DNA of 63,989 nucleotides, counting the filler, from Atractiella rhizophila (taxonomy: Eukaryota): NCBI GenBank assembly GCA_021432655.1. It is 5 parts of 5 records of this genome, joined end to end, with 100 filler letters (N's around TTAATTAATTAA, not from the genome) between each part and the next. Parts side by side here need not be neighbours in the genome. Positions count along the whole stretch, not along the records: positions 1 to 16,465 come from MU271901.1; 4 more parts are not named here. One strand, 5' to 3'. The notes beneath the pieces were generated by a model. The model did not search any database. It worked only from the letters and a program-made list of their open reading frames with translations, and had not been told where the DNA came from. A program made the position numbers and the translations under genes. Below are positions 1 to 13,282 of the stretch, one piece after another. Within the stretch, counting starts at the first letter, position 1. Each line of letters begins with the position of its first letter.

Positions 1-3000
1 TAGAACGGGAACTTGGGGGGTGTGAGAGGGAAATAGTCTCACTCCAGGCAGGTGTAAGAGGGGTCTTAGCGAGGAGGAGGGAAGAAGAGAAGAGGAGGCT
101 GTTGAAAGAGGCGAAGAGGGATGTGGTGGGATTCCAGGCGAGAGCGAGGGGGATGATTGCTAGGCGGACGTTTGCGGAGGCGCTCGAGGTGAAGCGCGAC
201 GTGGATCGGTGGACCGTCACTTTGCAGGCTGCGGTCAGGGGCAAGTTGGCCAGAAGCGCGAGGAAGGAAAGAGAGACTGCTCTCAAGGACACCGAGGACG
301 TCATCCCCTTCCTCCAAGCTCACATTCGCGGCGCCCTCGTCCGTTCTCGACTTGCGAAACTTCGCGGAGCGCTGAGGATGGCCACGAGGGAGACGCAGGC
401 GTTGCAAGCTCTGTTGAAGGGCAAACTGGGTAGGCAGAAGCATAGGACGATGGTGCAGCGATTGTGGAGCGAGGATTATGGCGATTTTGCTATCCGACTC
501 CAGGCTCAAATTCGCGGTGTCCTCATACGGAGAAACTTCTTCTCCAACATTCGTGCGCTCGACGATGAGGAAGCTACGGTCAAAGGTTTCCAGGCGCTCG
601 CGAGAGGATTCTTGGCGAGGAAGAGGTACGAGGACACGATTATGGAGCTCTCCGAAGCCGTCGTCGAAGTCGTAGGCTTCCAAGGCGTCCTTCGTGGTGT
701 CCTAGCCCGGCGACAACTGCTGAACAAGATTCGAGCTCTTCGAGGGGCGGAAGACGCTGTGACTGGCCTTCAAGCTCATGCCAGAGGTGGATTGGCACGC
801 GCCGAGTTCAGAAGGATGAGCAGGGCGCTGCAACGTGTGGAAGTCAGTAGGAGCGTCGGCGGATTGCAAGCGTTCGCGAGAGCGGCGCTGGCGAGGAAGA
901 AGGTAGTGCAACAGAAGAAGGAGCTCGATTTCGTCGCCCCCGATGTAGTCGGTTTTCAGGCTCAGGTCCGTGGTGCGCTTGTGAGGAGGGAGTTCACGAG
1001 TTGGAGGGACTATCTCCTTGATTCTCAACCTGAAGCGGTCTACCTTCAGGCTCTTGTGAGAGGGTTTCTAGCGAGGAGGAGATTCTGGATGCGCATGAGG
1101 CATTTTGAGGAACATATGGAGAAGATTGTCAAGATCCAATCCATTTTTAGGGGCAAGCAGCAGGTCGAGCAGTATAAGCAGTTGACGATGGGGAAGAACG
1201 TGCCCCTGGAGACAATCAAGAACTTCATCCATCTCCTCAATGATTCTGACTTCGAATTCAACCAAGAAATCGAGGTCGAGAACCTGCGACAGGAGGTGGT
1301 GAAGGTCATTCGATCCAATCAAAACCTCGAACAGGATGTGACGGAACTAGAGGTCAAGAACGCCCTTCTTGTCAAGAATAAGATCACACTGGACGAAGTG
1401 GCTCGGGCTCGACGCAGCGTTGGAGGGACAATCGGCGCTGGACATCGAAACAGTATTCTCGCAGCCCACAAGGATCCTTTCGCCTCCACTCTAGATCGAG
1501 ATTCGAAACGGAAACTGGAGCTGTACCAACAATTGTTCTACCTCCTACAGACCAAACCTGAATACCTCGCGAGACTCTTCGCCATCCTAGGCAAAAACGG
1601 GATGGCAGAGAAGAACCGCAAGGTTTTTGAAGGAGTCGTCCTTACTCTCTTTGGATATGCACAGAATTCAAGGGAGGAGTTCTTGCTCCTCCGCGTTTTG
1701 CAGGTAAGTGATCGTCCACATGCACCATGAAAGGAAAACTGATGCGTTGTTCATCAGTCTGCCGTCCAAGAAGAAATGCAGTCGCTGCAAACCGTCGAAG
1801 ACTTTATCCACGGAAAATTCATGTTCATCAACCTTTGTGTACAATATGGTCGTGGTCTTAAGGAGAGAAAATACTTGCGCGACACTCTTGCCCCCCTCGT
1901 GGACAGCATCATTAGTCACAAAGACCTGGACCTGGAGACTGATCCAGTGAAGGTATGCTGTTTTATGCATTTTCTGTGCTTCCTCCTGTTCATGGCTGAT
2001 CGTAATTTCAAGATTTATCGCGCTTGCATTACGGCCGAAGAGTCTCGAACTGGTCTTGCCAGCAGACGACCTATCGATGTTAATTTCCACCAAGCATTGC
2101 AAGACGAGGAGACCCAACGCATGTTCATCAAGCGTATGTTGTACCTTCGTCATAAATGTATCCTCACTATTGTCGACAGATCTTCAATTGCTTCGAGCTA
2201 CCACTGAGTCTTTCCTTAATGGGTTAACTGCCTCGACACGACGGATGCCTTATGGGTTGCGATTCTTTTCCCGGGAAGTGTTCTTTGCATTGAAGGTGCG
2301 TGCAACTACTGTATCTGCTGTAAATGCTCACTAAGATTTCCTAGGCGAGGTTTCCCGAAGAGGTGGAGGAGACCCTTGTCCGAGTTGCATGCTACTTCCT
2401 TTACTATCGTTTTATCAACCCTGCCATTGTGTACGTCGTTTCCGTTCGATCCGTGAAGCCCGCTGAATTGTTCTGGAAGTGCACCTGAGGCTCTTGGTGT
2501 TGTGGATAAGACAATCGATCCTTTACAGAGGGCAAATTTAGCCGAAGTTTCGAAAATGCTCAACCAGATATCGATTGGCCGATTGTTCGGAAACGAGAAT
2601 CCTTACCTCCAACCTTTGAACGAATATGTCACTTTCGCCACAAACAAGATGTCGACTTGGTTCAGAGAAGGTGAGTATAGTTCTCTGTTGTGATAGCAAA
2701 GGCTCATTCCCAGGTAGTCATTGATGTCGTCGATGCTGATCAATACTTCCATGCGGACGAATATCTGGACCACACTATTTCGAAACCTGTCATCTACATC
2801 TCTCCGAATGAAATTTATGCCACTCACTCGCTAGTCATGCAACATCTGCAATACGTCGTGAGTAGTCTTACTCACTCGTTATTAGGCGCTCATGATGGTC
2901 AGGCTCCTGGAAATGACAATCCTCTTCGCTCCTGTCTCATCGAACTTGGGGCTGCTCCTTCAACCCATGCTTCCGACGACCTTGATGCCGCTCGATCATC

Positions 3001-4199
3001 TGAAGTGGCGTTGACTTTGACAAATCGGTTCTCAGAGGTTAGAGATCCGCACTCTGAAGAGAAAAATCTATTCGTCAAGACGAAACGATACGTTTTGTCT
3101 CTCCTCAAGGTGCAGCACGGCTCGAATCTTGTTGAGACATTCCTTCTTCCAGTAACCGAGGAGAACGAGGAGGCGTGGGCAAGAGTCATTGCAGAGGAAC
3201 TCGATCAGGACAGGAAGGAACTGAGCCGTCGACACAAGGCTCTCCCTTCGCCTGACATGGCAAACCAGCTGGAGGATGTGCGGAAGTAAGCTGATTTGTT
3301 CCATGCTTTCGCTTGCTGAGTTAGTTCGTGCAGCCTGTCCTTCAAAGAGCTCAAGGTCAGGACCTTGGAGAACATGCTCAAGTTGGAACAACTTGGGAAG
3401 GTCACCAGAGCCAACAATTATCAAGATATGCTCAATGCTATCGCTAATGACATTCGAATGAAGCGTAAGCTTGATGCAGATTCATCCAAGCTACGCTAAT
3501 AGCTGGCGCTAGATCGCAAACGAATGCAACGAGAAGCGGACATGAAGAACATGTATACGACCCTTTCTACGCTAGAGGACAAACGCACCTACCTTCAGGA
3601 TCAGATCAAGAAGTACCATGAGCACATCGAGTCATCGATGGCAACGATGCAGAAAAAGGGAAAGAAGAAGCGACTAGTTCTGCCTTGGACCAGCCAGTAT
3701 TTCCATATGCGGCATCTTGAAAAGATGGGTAAAGTGCCTCAGTTCGGAAGGTTCGTGCTCTTTCTCATCGGGAGCACCAAACGCTGACTCTTCATGGCAG
3801 CTACAAATACACAGCACAAAGGCTGCATGAAAAGGGAGTGCTTATTTCTATTGAGCAACACTCGGCTAGGGAGCTGCATAACATCTCGCTTACGATTAGC
3901 AGCGACGAGGTTGGAGTTTTCTTGATCGAATGTGCTCATTCGGGTGTGCCGATACCTGGTGGAACCATCGAATTGCGGATGGAGGATCTAGTGCGTGTCC
4001 ATATCGCTGTTGTTTGTCCAGGAGAACTAAGAACTGTTTACAGCTGGAGAGACAATTTAATAACGCGCAAACGATCAATATCAACTCTGTTGCAAAGTTT
4101 AACTTGAACCTCCTCTTATTCTTGATAAACAAAAAGTAAGCTCTCTCTCGACTGCGGAATAGAAGCTCACGCTGAGGTTGTGACAGATTTTATGTGTAA
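1..4199 (+). CDS. IQG1: IQGAP-family Ras GTPase-activating-like protein (Iqg1/Rng2-like), 5' truncated, multi-exon
   Basis: Frame is open from position 3 with many tandem IQ motifs (FQAxxRGxLARR). These are followed by a RasGAP-related domain (YQQLFYLLQTKPEYLARL, MPYGLRF, YYRFINPAI) and the RasGAP_C end (FNLNLLLFLINKKFYV*). Introns are short GT-AG; stop TAA at 4197-4199. Confidence 0.95.
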
Positions 4200-4506
4200 T
4201 TTGTACGCATTTCTCGCCATTTCACCGCACTTCTTTCGTATTTCAGCTGTTGTGCTCTTTGCTCTTTGTCTTCCCTAAAATCCCACAACCTTTGGTATAT
4301 GCAAGTAGATAGAAAGTAGGAAGGACGTGTCTGTAATTCTAATGTGCCATAGTCCACACAGAGCTTTGCCTGTTCTCCATCCATTTTGTTTCGACTATTG
4401 CTTATTATAGCTTGGAACATGAAACTTTACATATGATCAAGCTATCTGTGCATCTACCAAATCTAACATCTTGAGAGGAGTGACAGGAACTCGCCAGCAT
4501 CCCTAA

Positions 4507-4517
4507 TCACGTGAAAT
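4507..4517. promoter_or_regulatory. E-box TCACGTGA(AAT), candidate bHLH site upstream of the phosphotransferase gene
   Basis: Palindromic TCACGTGA about 70 bp upstream of ATG 4582; retained in the second haplotype copy near 10436. Confidence 0.35.
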
Positions 4518-4581
4518 GCCCTGTTGTCTTTCGCGGCAAGCCCAATTTGTCGAATTCTGAGTAAACCCAGTTGGGAGGACG

Positions 4582-6234
4582 ATGAACGTCAACTATCATC
4601 CCTTTGGCAGGCTGCCTGTGTGGACGGGAGGTGTTTCGAGGTACATCGAGGGCGAGGATTCCCTTCGCTGGTTGAAGTTAGTTCAAGTTATTTCCTCAGT
4701 GGAAGAGAATTCGACCTCATTCATCTCGCTAGATCCTACTCTTACCGATCCAAAGACCTGAGCCCAATATCTCACTATGTTCTTCGGTGAGCAAAGGTCT
4801 GACGCTACCCTGGCATGCTGATGAATGTTACAGACATTGGTGGAACTTCGTGGCCTCCCTGCTTCCTGATTACCTCCATCCGAACATGGTCACTTTACTT
4901 GGATTCGGATGCATCATGATCAACTTCCTTACTCTACTCATTTTCAGCCACGATTTAGCTGCTGCCGCTCCCAGTTGGGTGTACACAAGGTGGGTCAGTG
5001 TATTGTCGAAGATACAGATTGAGAGAACATGCGACCTAGCTTCGCGATTGGACTTTTCTGCTATCAGGTTCGCTATTGTTTTCCTCAGAAAATCTTATTA
5101 AAGATGATATCAACGTAGACCATGGACAGTATGTCCTCCAGTCGTTCAATTTCCCCAACTCATCCACCACACAGATGTCGACGGCAAGCAAGCGCGACGT
5201 CTTTCTCTTTCTTCACCGCTCGGTGAACTATTCGACCATTCGATTGACACCCTTAACTGTGGATTTGGTGCCTTGATCATCTGCGCTACCCTGGCTACGG
5301 GTCACTCTGGCGCATCTGTTTTCCTCCTCCTCATCGGTTGTTGGCCCATGTGCCTCAGCACTTGGGAAGAGTATCACACTGGCATCCTCTTCTTGGGATT
5401 CATCAATGGACCCACTGAAGGTCTCCTCATCGCAATGGCCACCCAGCTCGTCTCTGCAATCCATGGTCCGGAATTTTGGCGTCAGACTGCGTGGGACACC
5501 CTTGGACAACTTCCTTGGACGAATGCTGCAACTTCGATGCTGGATGTTTACCTCGCCTTCGTACTCCTTTGTTTCGTAGGTTTCCATGCTCCTGCTTGGT
5601 GCGCTATTTCTCGTTCCCTAACCGTTGGGTTTAATCTGTCGCAAAAGTTTCATAAACGTCTATCGTTCAATCCCTCCGAACGACTCTCGTCGTCGTGTTG
5701 TCATGTTCAGTGTATTCGAGCTCACGCCAATGGTACTCCTAACCGCACTCTTCTCTGCGTGGTGCTTCGGCAAGTATAGCATCATAATGCAGGATAAATG
5801 GCTTGTTCCGATGGCACTGATTTTGAGTGCGCCATTTCTTTCTTCTGCGTTTCAAAGTTGACTGCTATCCGAAGCGTTTTCATTCGGCAAGATCAATTCG
5901 AAAGTCATCCTCGCTCAGTTAACGCGAGGCGGTTTCCCTTACTCTCTCAACGTCCTGCTGCCGTTCCTCATCGGAGCCACCCTCGCAAACTATCCTTCTC
6001 TTGGCTTGTAAGGTTCCTCTCTCTTCCAGTCTGCTGCAAGCTGAGAAAGTCGACAAACTTAGGCCTGCACTCCCACACTCGGTCGAGAAGTGGTACATCT
6101 GCTACCTTCTCTTCAGCGCATTCGCTTCCTATTCTGTGCAGGCGTGGAGGACCATCGATGCGTTCTGCAAGACCCTCAATATCAACGCTCTCACCGTGAA
6201 ATCTGGGAGTGGACGAAGGGTGCTGACGCGTTGA
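4582..6234 (+). CDS. CPT1: CDP-alcohol phosphatidyltransferase (choline/ethanolamine-phosphotransferase), haplotype copy 1
   Basis: Spliced motifs YSYRSKDLSPISHYVLR/HWWN, HPNMVTLLG, DVDGKQARR...SSPLGELFDHSID and STWEEYHTGILFLGFINGPTEG are typical of CPT1/EPT1. Confidence 0.92.
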
Positions 6235-6249
6235 AGGACGGTGAGACTC

Positions 6250-6274
6250 NNNNNNNNNNNNNNNNNNNNNNNNN
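6250..6274. other. 25-N assembly gap
   Basis: Run of 25 N immediately before the mirror segment. Confidence 0.99.
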
Positions 6275-9200
6275 TATGCTTTCTTCACGCCACTTTACCG
6301 CTCTTTACGCATGTTTAATGTGTATTTTAGACAGTGTTGGAGTCGCACTCGAAGATAAGGCGTCAGCTCTCTCTCGAATGAAAAACAAATAGTTCTTATT
6401 CTCCTCCAAGTTCAATTTGAAACGTTGTCTCAACTATAACTAGCAAACGCGCAATAATTTAACAGAGAGGTCGACATTTGTCAAGAATCAAGAGGACCTG
6501 TTTGTTGTCGCTATACCTGTGCGTGATCTAGGAGGTAGGCGTTAAGCTACCAAGGTGGTCCATAGCCGTGTGGGCTTACTCGTGTAAGCTAGTTCTTTTG
6601 AGGTTGGAGCAGCGACGATTAGCATTCGCTCTACAATACGTCGAGGGATCGGCTCACAACGAGTTATCTTTATTCGTGAGGGAAAAGTACGTCGGAAACA
6701 CGACACATAAACATCGACGGTACTTCTCAGTCGCAAACCACGAGGGCTACTCTTTCTCGTGCTTGGAAGGCTTGACTCCGTGAAATGGGTAGAAAAGTTC
6801 TACGGCGTATACCTTTATGACCGACCAGGTTCCGTCTTGATCAGCGAAGAAGAAAGGGAAAAAGACGTAGCAACGGTAGCTACTGAGCTACACGAGTACC
6901 ATGAAGAACTAGACTAGGACTTCCATCCACGCAAACAGGAGATCGCATCTTTCCCAGCATATGTACAAGAAGTACAGGCGAAGAGCAACGTAAGCAAACG
7001 CTAGATCGCGGTCGATAATCGCATCGAACCTACTTAGACGTAGTTCGAATGCGAAGTAAGCTTACAGTAATCGCTATCGTAACTCGTATAGAACTATTAA
7101 CAACCGAGACCACTGGAAGGGTTCAACAAGGTTGAACTCGTACAAGAGGTTCCAGGACTGGAACTCGAGAAACTTCCTGTCCGACGTGCTTGATTGAGTC
7201 GTTCGCCTTTCGTACCTTGTTTAGTCGAATGAAGGCGTGTAGGAGGTCGACCAAACGGTACAGTCCGCTTCCCTCTCGGAACACAGCTGCCGAGTCAAGG
7301 AAGGACAGGACTAGCTCAAGGAGACGTTACTGAGAACGGGTGCGGAGGAGCAAGAGGAGCCAATGACCTTCTTCCTTACAGAGTTGTTCTAAGCTCGGCA
7401 CGACGTGGAACTCCTCTCTGTTTTGCATAGCAAAGCAGAACTGCTTATCTAAAAAGAGAAGTCTCACGCCTAGAGATTGGAGACTCTTGGCTAAACAGTT
7501 TCAGTTGCGGTGAAGTCTACTAGCTCGCCGTAGTTCCAGCAGCCTTCGTACCCAACTTCCTCGTCGGGGTCAAGCTACTCTGTCCTCGCTTCTCCTAACA
7601 GTAAAGGTCCTCGGACTGGTAGTACTCGCGGATTATTGCTCACTCATTCTGATGAGTGCTGCATAACGTCTACAACGTACTGATCGCTCACTCACCGTAT
7701 TTAAAGTAAGCCTCTCTACATCTACTGTCCAAAGCTTTATCACACCAGGTCTATAAGCAGGCGTACCTTCATAACTAGTCGTAGCTGCTGTAGTTACTGA
7801 TGGACCCTTACTCGGAAACGATAGTGTTGTCTCTTGATATGAGTGGAAGAGACTTGGTTCAGCTGTAGAACAAACACCGCTTTCACTGTATAAGCAAGTT
7901 TCCAACCTCCATTCCTAAGAGCAAAGGCTTGTTAGCCGGTTAGCTATAGACCAACTCGTAAAAGCTTTGAAGCCGATTTAAACGGGAGACATTTCCTAGC
8001 TAACAGAATAGGTGTTGTGGTTCTCGGAGTCCACGTGAAGGTCTTGTTAAGTCGCCCGAAGTGCCTAGCTTGCCTTTGCTGCATGTGTTACCGTCCCAAC
8101 TATTTTGCTATCATTTCCTTCATCGTACGTTGAGCCTGTTCCCAGAGGAGGTGGAGAAGCCCTTTGGAGCGGATCCTTTAGAATCACTCGTAAATGTCGT
8201 CTATGTCATCAACGTGCGTGGAAGTTACGTTTCTTGTGAAGGGCCCTTTTCTTAGCGTTGGGTATTCCGTAGGCAGCACAGCTCCGTCAATTGGGTAATT
8301 CCTTTCTGAGTCATCATCGAGCTTCGTTAACTTCTAGACAGCTGTATCACTCCTGTGTAAGTACTGCTTCCGTGTTGTATGCGAACTACTTGTACGCGAC
8401 CCAGAGGAGCAGAACGTTACGAACCACTTTTAATTGTAGCTACCCAGCAGATGAGCGTTCTGGTCAAGCTCTGAGAAGTCTGCATTACGTTCGCGCTATT
8501 TAGAACTTTAATGCTAGTCGGTACTTGTCCTCCTTCGTGTCTTTTACGTATTTTGTCGTATGGAAGTGACCTAGTCAGAGGTCCAGTTCCAGAAACACTG
8601 ATTACTACGACAGGTGCTCTCCCCGTTCTCACAGCGCGTTCATAAAAGAGAGGAATTCTGGTGCTGGTATAACATGTGTTTCCAACTACTTGTACTTAAA
8701 AGGCACCTATTTCAGAAGCTGCCAAACGTCGCTGACGTAAAGAAGAACCTGCCGTCTGACTACTTGTTGCGTAGTCAAAAGGAAAGTACCACGTACACCT
8801 GCTAGTGAATGGACGTTTTGCGCCTCCTCGTTCTTGAGGAGGGACCTTAAGACACGTATAGGTTTCTCTCATTCCTGCTGAGGAAGTTTTTGGAACGCCA
8901 AGAAGAGACGGTAGGGCAAAAACGGGTCCTACCGCTTCTCAGAGCGCTCCATAAGTCCAAACCAGACGTCCTCCATCTTGTTAACAACCATGTCGAGGTC
9001 AAAGGCAAAGCTTAGAGCTAGGTCTCACCTCCGCTTTCCTAGGAACACCCGCGCTCTTATGACAAAGCTACAGGTCGCGGCTAACAGGGAGGTTGCGACG
9101 CAGCTCGGGCTCGGTGAAGCAGGTCACACTAGAATAAGAACTGTTCTTCCCGCAAGAACTGGAGATCAAGGCAGTGTAGGACAAGCTCCAAAACTAACCT

Positions 9201-10170
9201 AGCTTACTGGAAGTGGTGGAGGACAGCGTTCAAGAGCTGGAGCTAAAGAACCAACTTAAGCTTTAGTCTTAGTAACTCCTCTACCTACTTCAAGAACTAA
9301 CAGAGGTCCCCGTGCAAGAAGGGGTAGCAGTTGACGAATATGACGAGCTGGACGACGAACGGGGATTTTTACCTAACCTAGAACTGTTAGAAGAGGTATA
9401 CAAGGAGTTTTACGGAGTACGCGTAGGTCTTAGAGGAGGAGCGATCTTTGGGAGAGTGTTCTCGGACTTCCATCTGGCGAAGTCCAACTCTTAGTTCCTC
9501 TATCAGGGAGGTTGAGCACTTGAGGGAGGAGTGTTCGCGTGGTGCCTGGACTCGGACTTTTGGTTGCTGTAGCCCCCGCTGCTTTAGCTCGAGGAAGAAG
9601 ACAACGTGGTGGAAGAAGGAGCGGTCGCGGCGAGAGCGCTTGCGAACGTTAGGGCGGCTGCGGGATGACTGAAGGTGTGCAACGTCGCGGGACGAGTAGG
9701 AAGACTTGAGCCGCGCACGGTTAGGTGGAGACCGTACTCGAACTTCCGGTCAGTGTCGCAGAAGGCGGGGAGCTTCTCGAGCTTAGAACAAGTCGTCAAC
9801 AGCGGCTCGGTTCTGTGGTGCTTCCTGCGGAACCTTCGGTTGCTGAAGCTGCTGCCGAAGCCTCTCGAGGTATTAGCACAGGAGCATGGAGAAGGAGCGG
9901 TTCTTAGGAGAGCGCTCGCGGACCTTTGGAAACTGGCATCGAAGGAGTAGCAGCTCGCGTGCTTACAACCTCTTCTTCAAAGAGGCATACTCCTGTGGCG
10001 CTTAAACTCGGACCTCAGCCTATCGTTTTAGCGGTATTAGGAGCGAGGTGTTAGCGACGTGGTAGCAGGATACGAAGACGGATGGGTCAAACGGGAAGTT
10101 GTCTCGAACGTTGCGGACGCAGAGGGAGCACCGGTAGGAGTCGCGAGGCGCTTCAAAGCGTTCAGCTCTT
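6275..10170. repeat. Mirror (reversed, not complemented) copy of 344-4241, second IQGAP haplotype; assembly artifact
   Basis: 6275 tatgctttcttcacgcc is the string-reverse of ...ccgcacttctttcgtat (ending 4241). The end ...aaagcgttcagctctt (10170) is the reverse of ttctcgacttgcgaaa (starting 344). Confidence 0.97.
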
Positions 10171-12179
10171 TTCAGCTGTTGTGCTCTTTGCTCTTTGTCT
10201 TCCCTAAAATCCCACAACCTTTGGTATATGCAAGTAGATAGAAAGTAGGAAGGACGTGTCTGTAATTCTAATGTGCCATAGTCCACACAGAGCTTTGCCT
10301 GTTCTCCATCCATTTTGTTTCGACTATTGCTTATTATAGCTTCGAACATGAAACTTTACATATGATCAAGCTACCTGTGCATCTACCAAATCTAACATCT
10401 TGAGAGGAGTGACAGGAACTCGCCAGCATCCCTAATCACGTGAAATGTCCTGTTGTCTTTCGCGGCCAGCCCAATTTGTCGAGTTCTAAGTAAACCCAGT
10501 TGGGAGGACGATGAACGTCAACTATCATCCCTTTGGCAGGCTGCCTGTGTGGACCGGAGGTGTTTCGAGGTACATCGAGGGCGAGGATTCCCTTCGCTGG
10601 TTGAAGTTAGTTCAAGTTATTTCCTCAGTGGAAGAGATTCGACCTCATTCATCTCGCTAGATCCTACTCTTACCGATCCAAAGACCTGAGCCCAATATCT
10701 CACTATGTTCTTCGGTGAGCAACGGTCTGACGCTACCCTGGCATGCTGATGAATGTTACAGACATTGGTGGAACTTCGTGGCCTCCCTGCTTCCTGATTA
10801 CCTCCATCCGAACATGGTCACTTTACTTGGATTCGGATGCATCATGATCAACTTCCTTACTCTACTCATTTACAGCCACGATTTAGCTGCTGCCGCTCCC
10901 AGTTGGGTGTACACAAGGTGGGTCAGTGTATTGCTCGAAGATACAGATTGAGAGCAACATCCGACCTAGCTTCGCGATTGGACTTTTCTGCTATCAGGTT
11001 CGCTATTGTTTTCCTCAGAAAATCGTATTAAAGATGGAATCAACGTAGACCATGGACAGTATGTCCTCCAGTCGTTCAATTTCCCCAACTCATCCACCAC
11101 ACAGATGTCGACGGCAAGCAAGCGCGACGTCTTTCTCTTTCTTCACCGCTCGGTGAACTGTTCGACCATTCGATTGACACCCTTAACTGTGGCTTTGGTG
11201 CCTTGATCATCTGCGCTACCCTGGCTACAGGTCACTCTGGCGCATCTGTTTTCCTCCTCCTCATCGGTTGTTGGCCCATGTACCTCAGCACTTGGGAAGA
11301 GTATCACACCGGCATCCTCTTCTTGGGATTCATCAATGGACCCACCGAAGGTCTCCTCATCGCAATGGCCACCCAGCTCGTCTCTGCAATCCATGGTCCA
11401 GAATTTTGGCGTCAGACTGCTTGGGACACGCTTGGACAACTTCCTTGGACGAATGCTGGAACCTCGATGCTGGATGTTTACCTCGCCTTCGTGCTCCTTT
11501 GTTTCGTAGGTTTCCATGCTCCTGCTTGGTGCGCTATTTCTCGTTCCCTAACCGTTGGGTTTAATCTGTCGCAAAAGTTTCATGAACGTGTATCGTTCAA
11601 TCCCTAAGAACGACTCTCGTCGTCGTGTTGTCATGTTCAGTGTATTCGAGCTCTCGCCAATGGTACTCCTAACCGCGCTCTTCTCTGCGTGGTGCTTCGG
11701 CAAGTATAGCATCATAGTGCAGGATAAATGGCTTGTTCCGATGGCACTGATTTTGAGTGCGCCATTCCTCTCTTCTGCGTTTCAAAATTGACTGCTATCC
11801 GAAGCATTTTCATTCGGCAAGATCAATTCGAAAGTCATCCTCGCTCAGTTAACGCGAGGGGGTTTCCCTTACTCTCTCAACGTCCTGCTACCGTTCCTCA
11901 TCGGAGCTACCCTCACAAACTATCCTTCTCTTGGCTTGTAAGATTCCTCTCTCTTCCAGTCTGCTGCAAGCTGAGAAAGTCGACAAACTTAGGCCTGCAC
12001 TCCCACACTGGGTCGAGAAGTGGTACATCTGCTACCTTCTCTTCAGCGCATTCGCTTCCTATTCTGTGCAGGCGTGGAGGACCATCGATGCGTTCTGCAA
12101 GACCCTCAATATCAACGCTCTCACCGTGAAATCTGGGAGTGGACGAAGGGTGCTGACGCGTTGAAGGACGGTGAGACTC
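10171..12179 (+). repeat. Direct near-identical duplicate of 4242-6249 (alternative haplotype)
   Basis: Starts ttcagctgttgtgctc as at 4242 and ends gtgagactc as at 6249, with scattered SNPs and small indels. Confidence 0.97.
10511..12164 (+). CDS. CPT1: CDP-alcohol phosphatidyltransferase, haplotype copy 2
   Basis: Same exon structure as 4582-6234 with a few substitutions (e.g. PMYLSTW vs PMCLSTW; PHWVEK vs PHSVEK). Confidence 0.9.
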
Positions 12180-12469
12180 ATCAGAGCTCTGTTTTGATAT
12201 ATGCTTCTATTCCTGAAATGGAACGTAACATAACGCTCTGTTCCCTTATTCTCATTCGCACCTTCGTCACATCCACATTTGCTTGACGCACTAACCTACG
12301 GCAGCTTGACGGGAGGACTGTTCTACGGAAATATTGAGTTAACTGAAGCAGCGAAGCTAGCGCTGTTTTGTGGAACACCTCTAGTGCACGACAAAACAAA
12401 GTCTCGGTAACAGAGGGAGACAATGACAATCACTCTCTATATTCTTACGATCCGAAAACACCTGTGCTA

Positions 12470-13282
12470 NNNNNNNNNNNNNNNNNNNNNNNNNNNNNNN
12501 NNNNNNNNNNNNNNNNNNNNNNNNNNNNNNNNNNNNNNNNNNNNNNNNNNNNNNNNNNNNNNNNNNNNNNNNNNNNNNNNNNNNNNNNNNNNNNNNNNNN
12601 NNNNNNNNNNNNNNNNNNNNNNNNNNNNNNNNNNNNNNNNNNNNNNNNNNNNNNNNNNNNNNNNNNNNNNNNNNNNNNNNNNNNNNNNNNNNNNNNNNNN
12701 NNNNNNNNNNNNNNNNNNNNNNNNNNNNNNNNNNNNNNNNNNNNNNNNNNNNNNNNNNNNNNNNNNNNNNNNNNNNNNNNNNNNNNNNNNNNNNNNNNNN
12801 NNNNNNNNNNNNNNNNNNNNNNNNNNNNNNNNNNNNNNNNNNNNNNNNNNNNNNNNNNNNNNNNNNNNNNNNNNNNNNNNNNNNNNNNNNNNNNNNNNNN
12901 NNNNNNNNNNNNNNNNNNNNNNNNNNNNNNNNNNNNNNNNNNNNNNNNNNNNNNNNNNNNNNNNNNNNNNNNNNNNNNNNNNNNNNNNNNNNNNNNNNNN
13001 NNNNNNNNNNNNNNNNNNNNNNNNNNNNNNNNNNNNNNNNNNNNNNNNNNNNNNNNNNNNNNNNNNNNNNNNNNNNNNNNNNNNNNNNNNNNNNNNNNNN
13101 NNNNNNNNNNNNNNNNNNNNNNNNNNNNNNNNNNNNNNNNNNNNNNNNNNNNNNNNNNNNNNNNNNNNNNNNNNNNNNNNNNNNNNNNNNNNNNNNNNNN
13201 NNNNNNNNNNNNNNNNNNNNNNNNNNNNNNNNNNNNNNNNNNNNNNNNNNNNNNNNNNNNNNNNNNNNNNNNNNNNNNNNNN
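12470..13282. other. Scaffold gap (813 N)
   Basis: Run of N. Confidence 0.99.

Noticed and set aside
6542..10241. Short ORFs in the supplied track, or a novel gene-poor element
   Set aside because: These are chance ORFs in reversed IQGAP sequence; no transposase, LTR or TIR is present.
4242..12179. True tandem duplication of CPT1
   Set aside because: The second copy is continuous with the mirror IQGAP block and follows an N gap; an uncollapsed haplotype explains it better.
12290..12469. Possible third mirror segment before the large gap (reversed it contains gcacgtgatc)
   Set aside because: Too short, with no forward counterpart or ORF in the window to confirm it.
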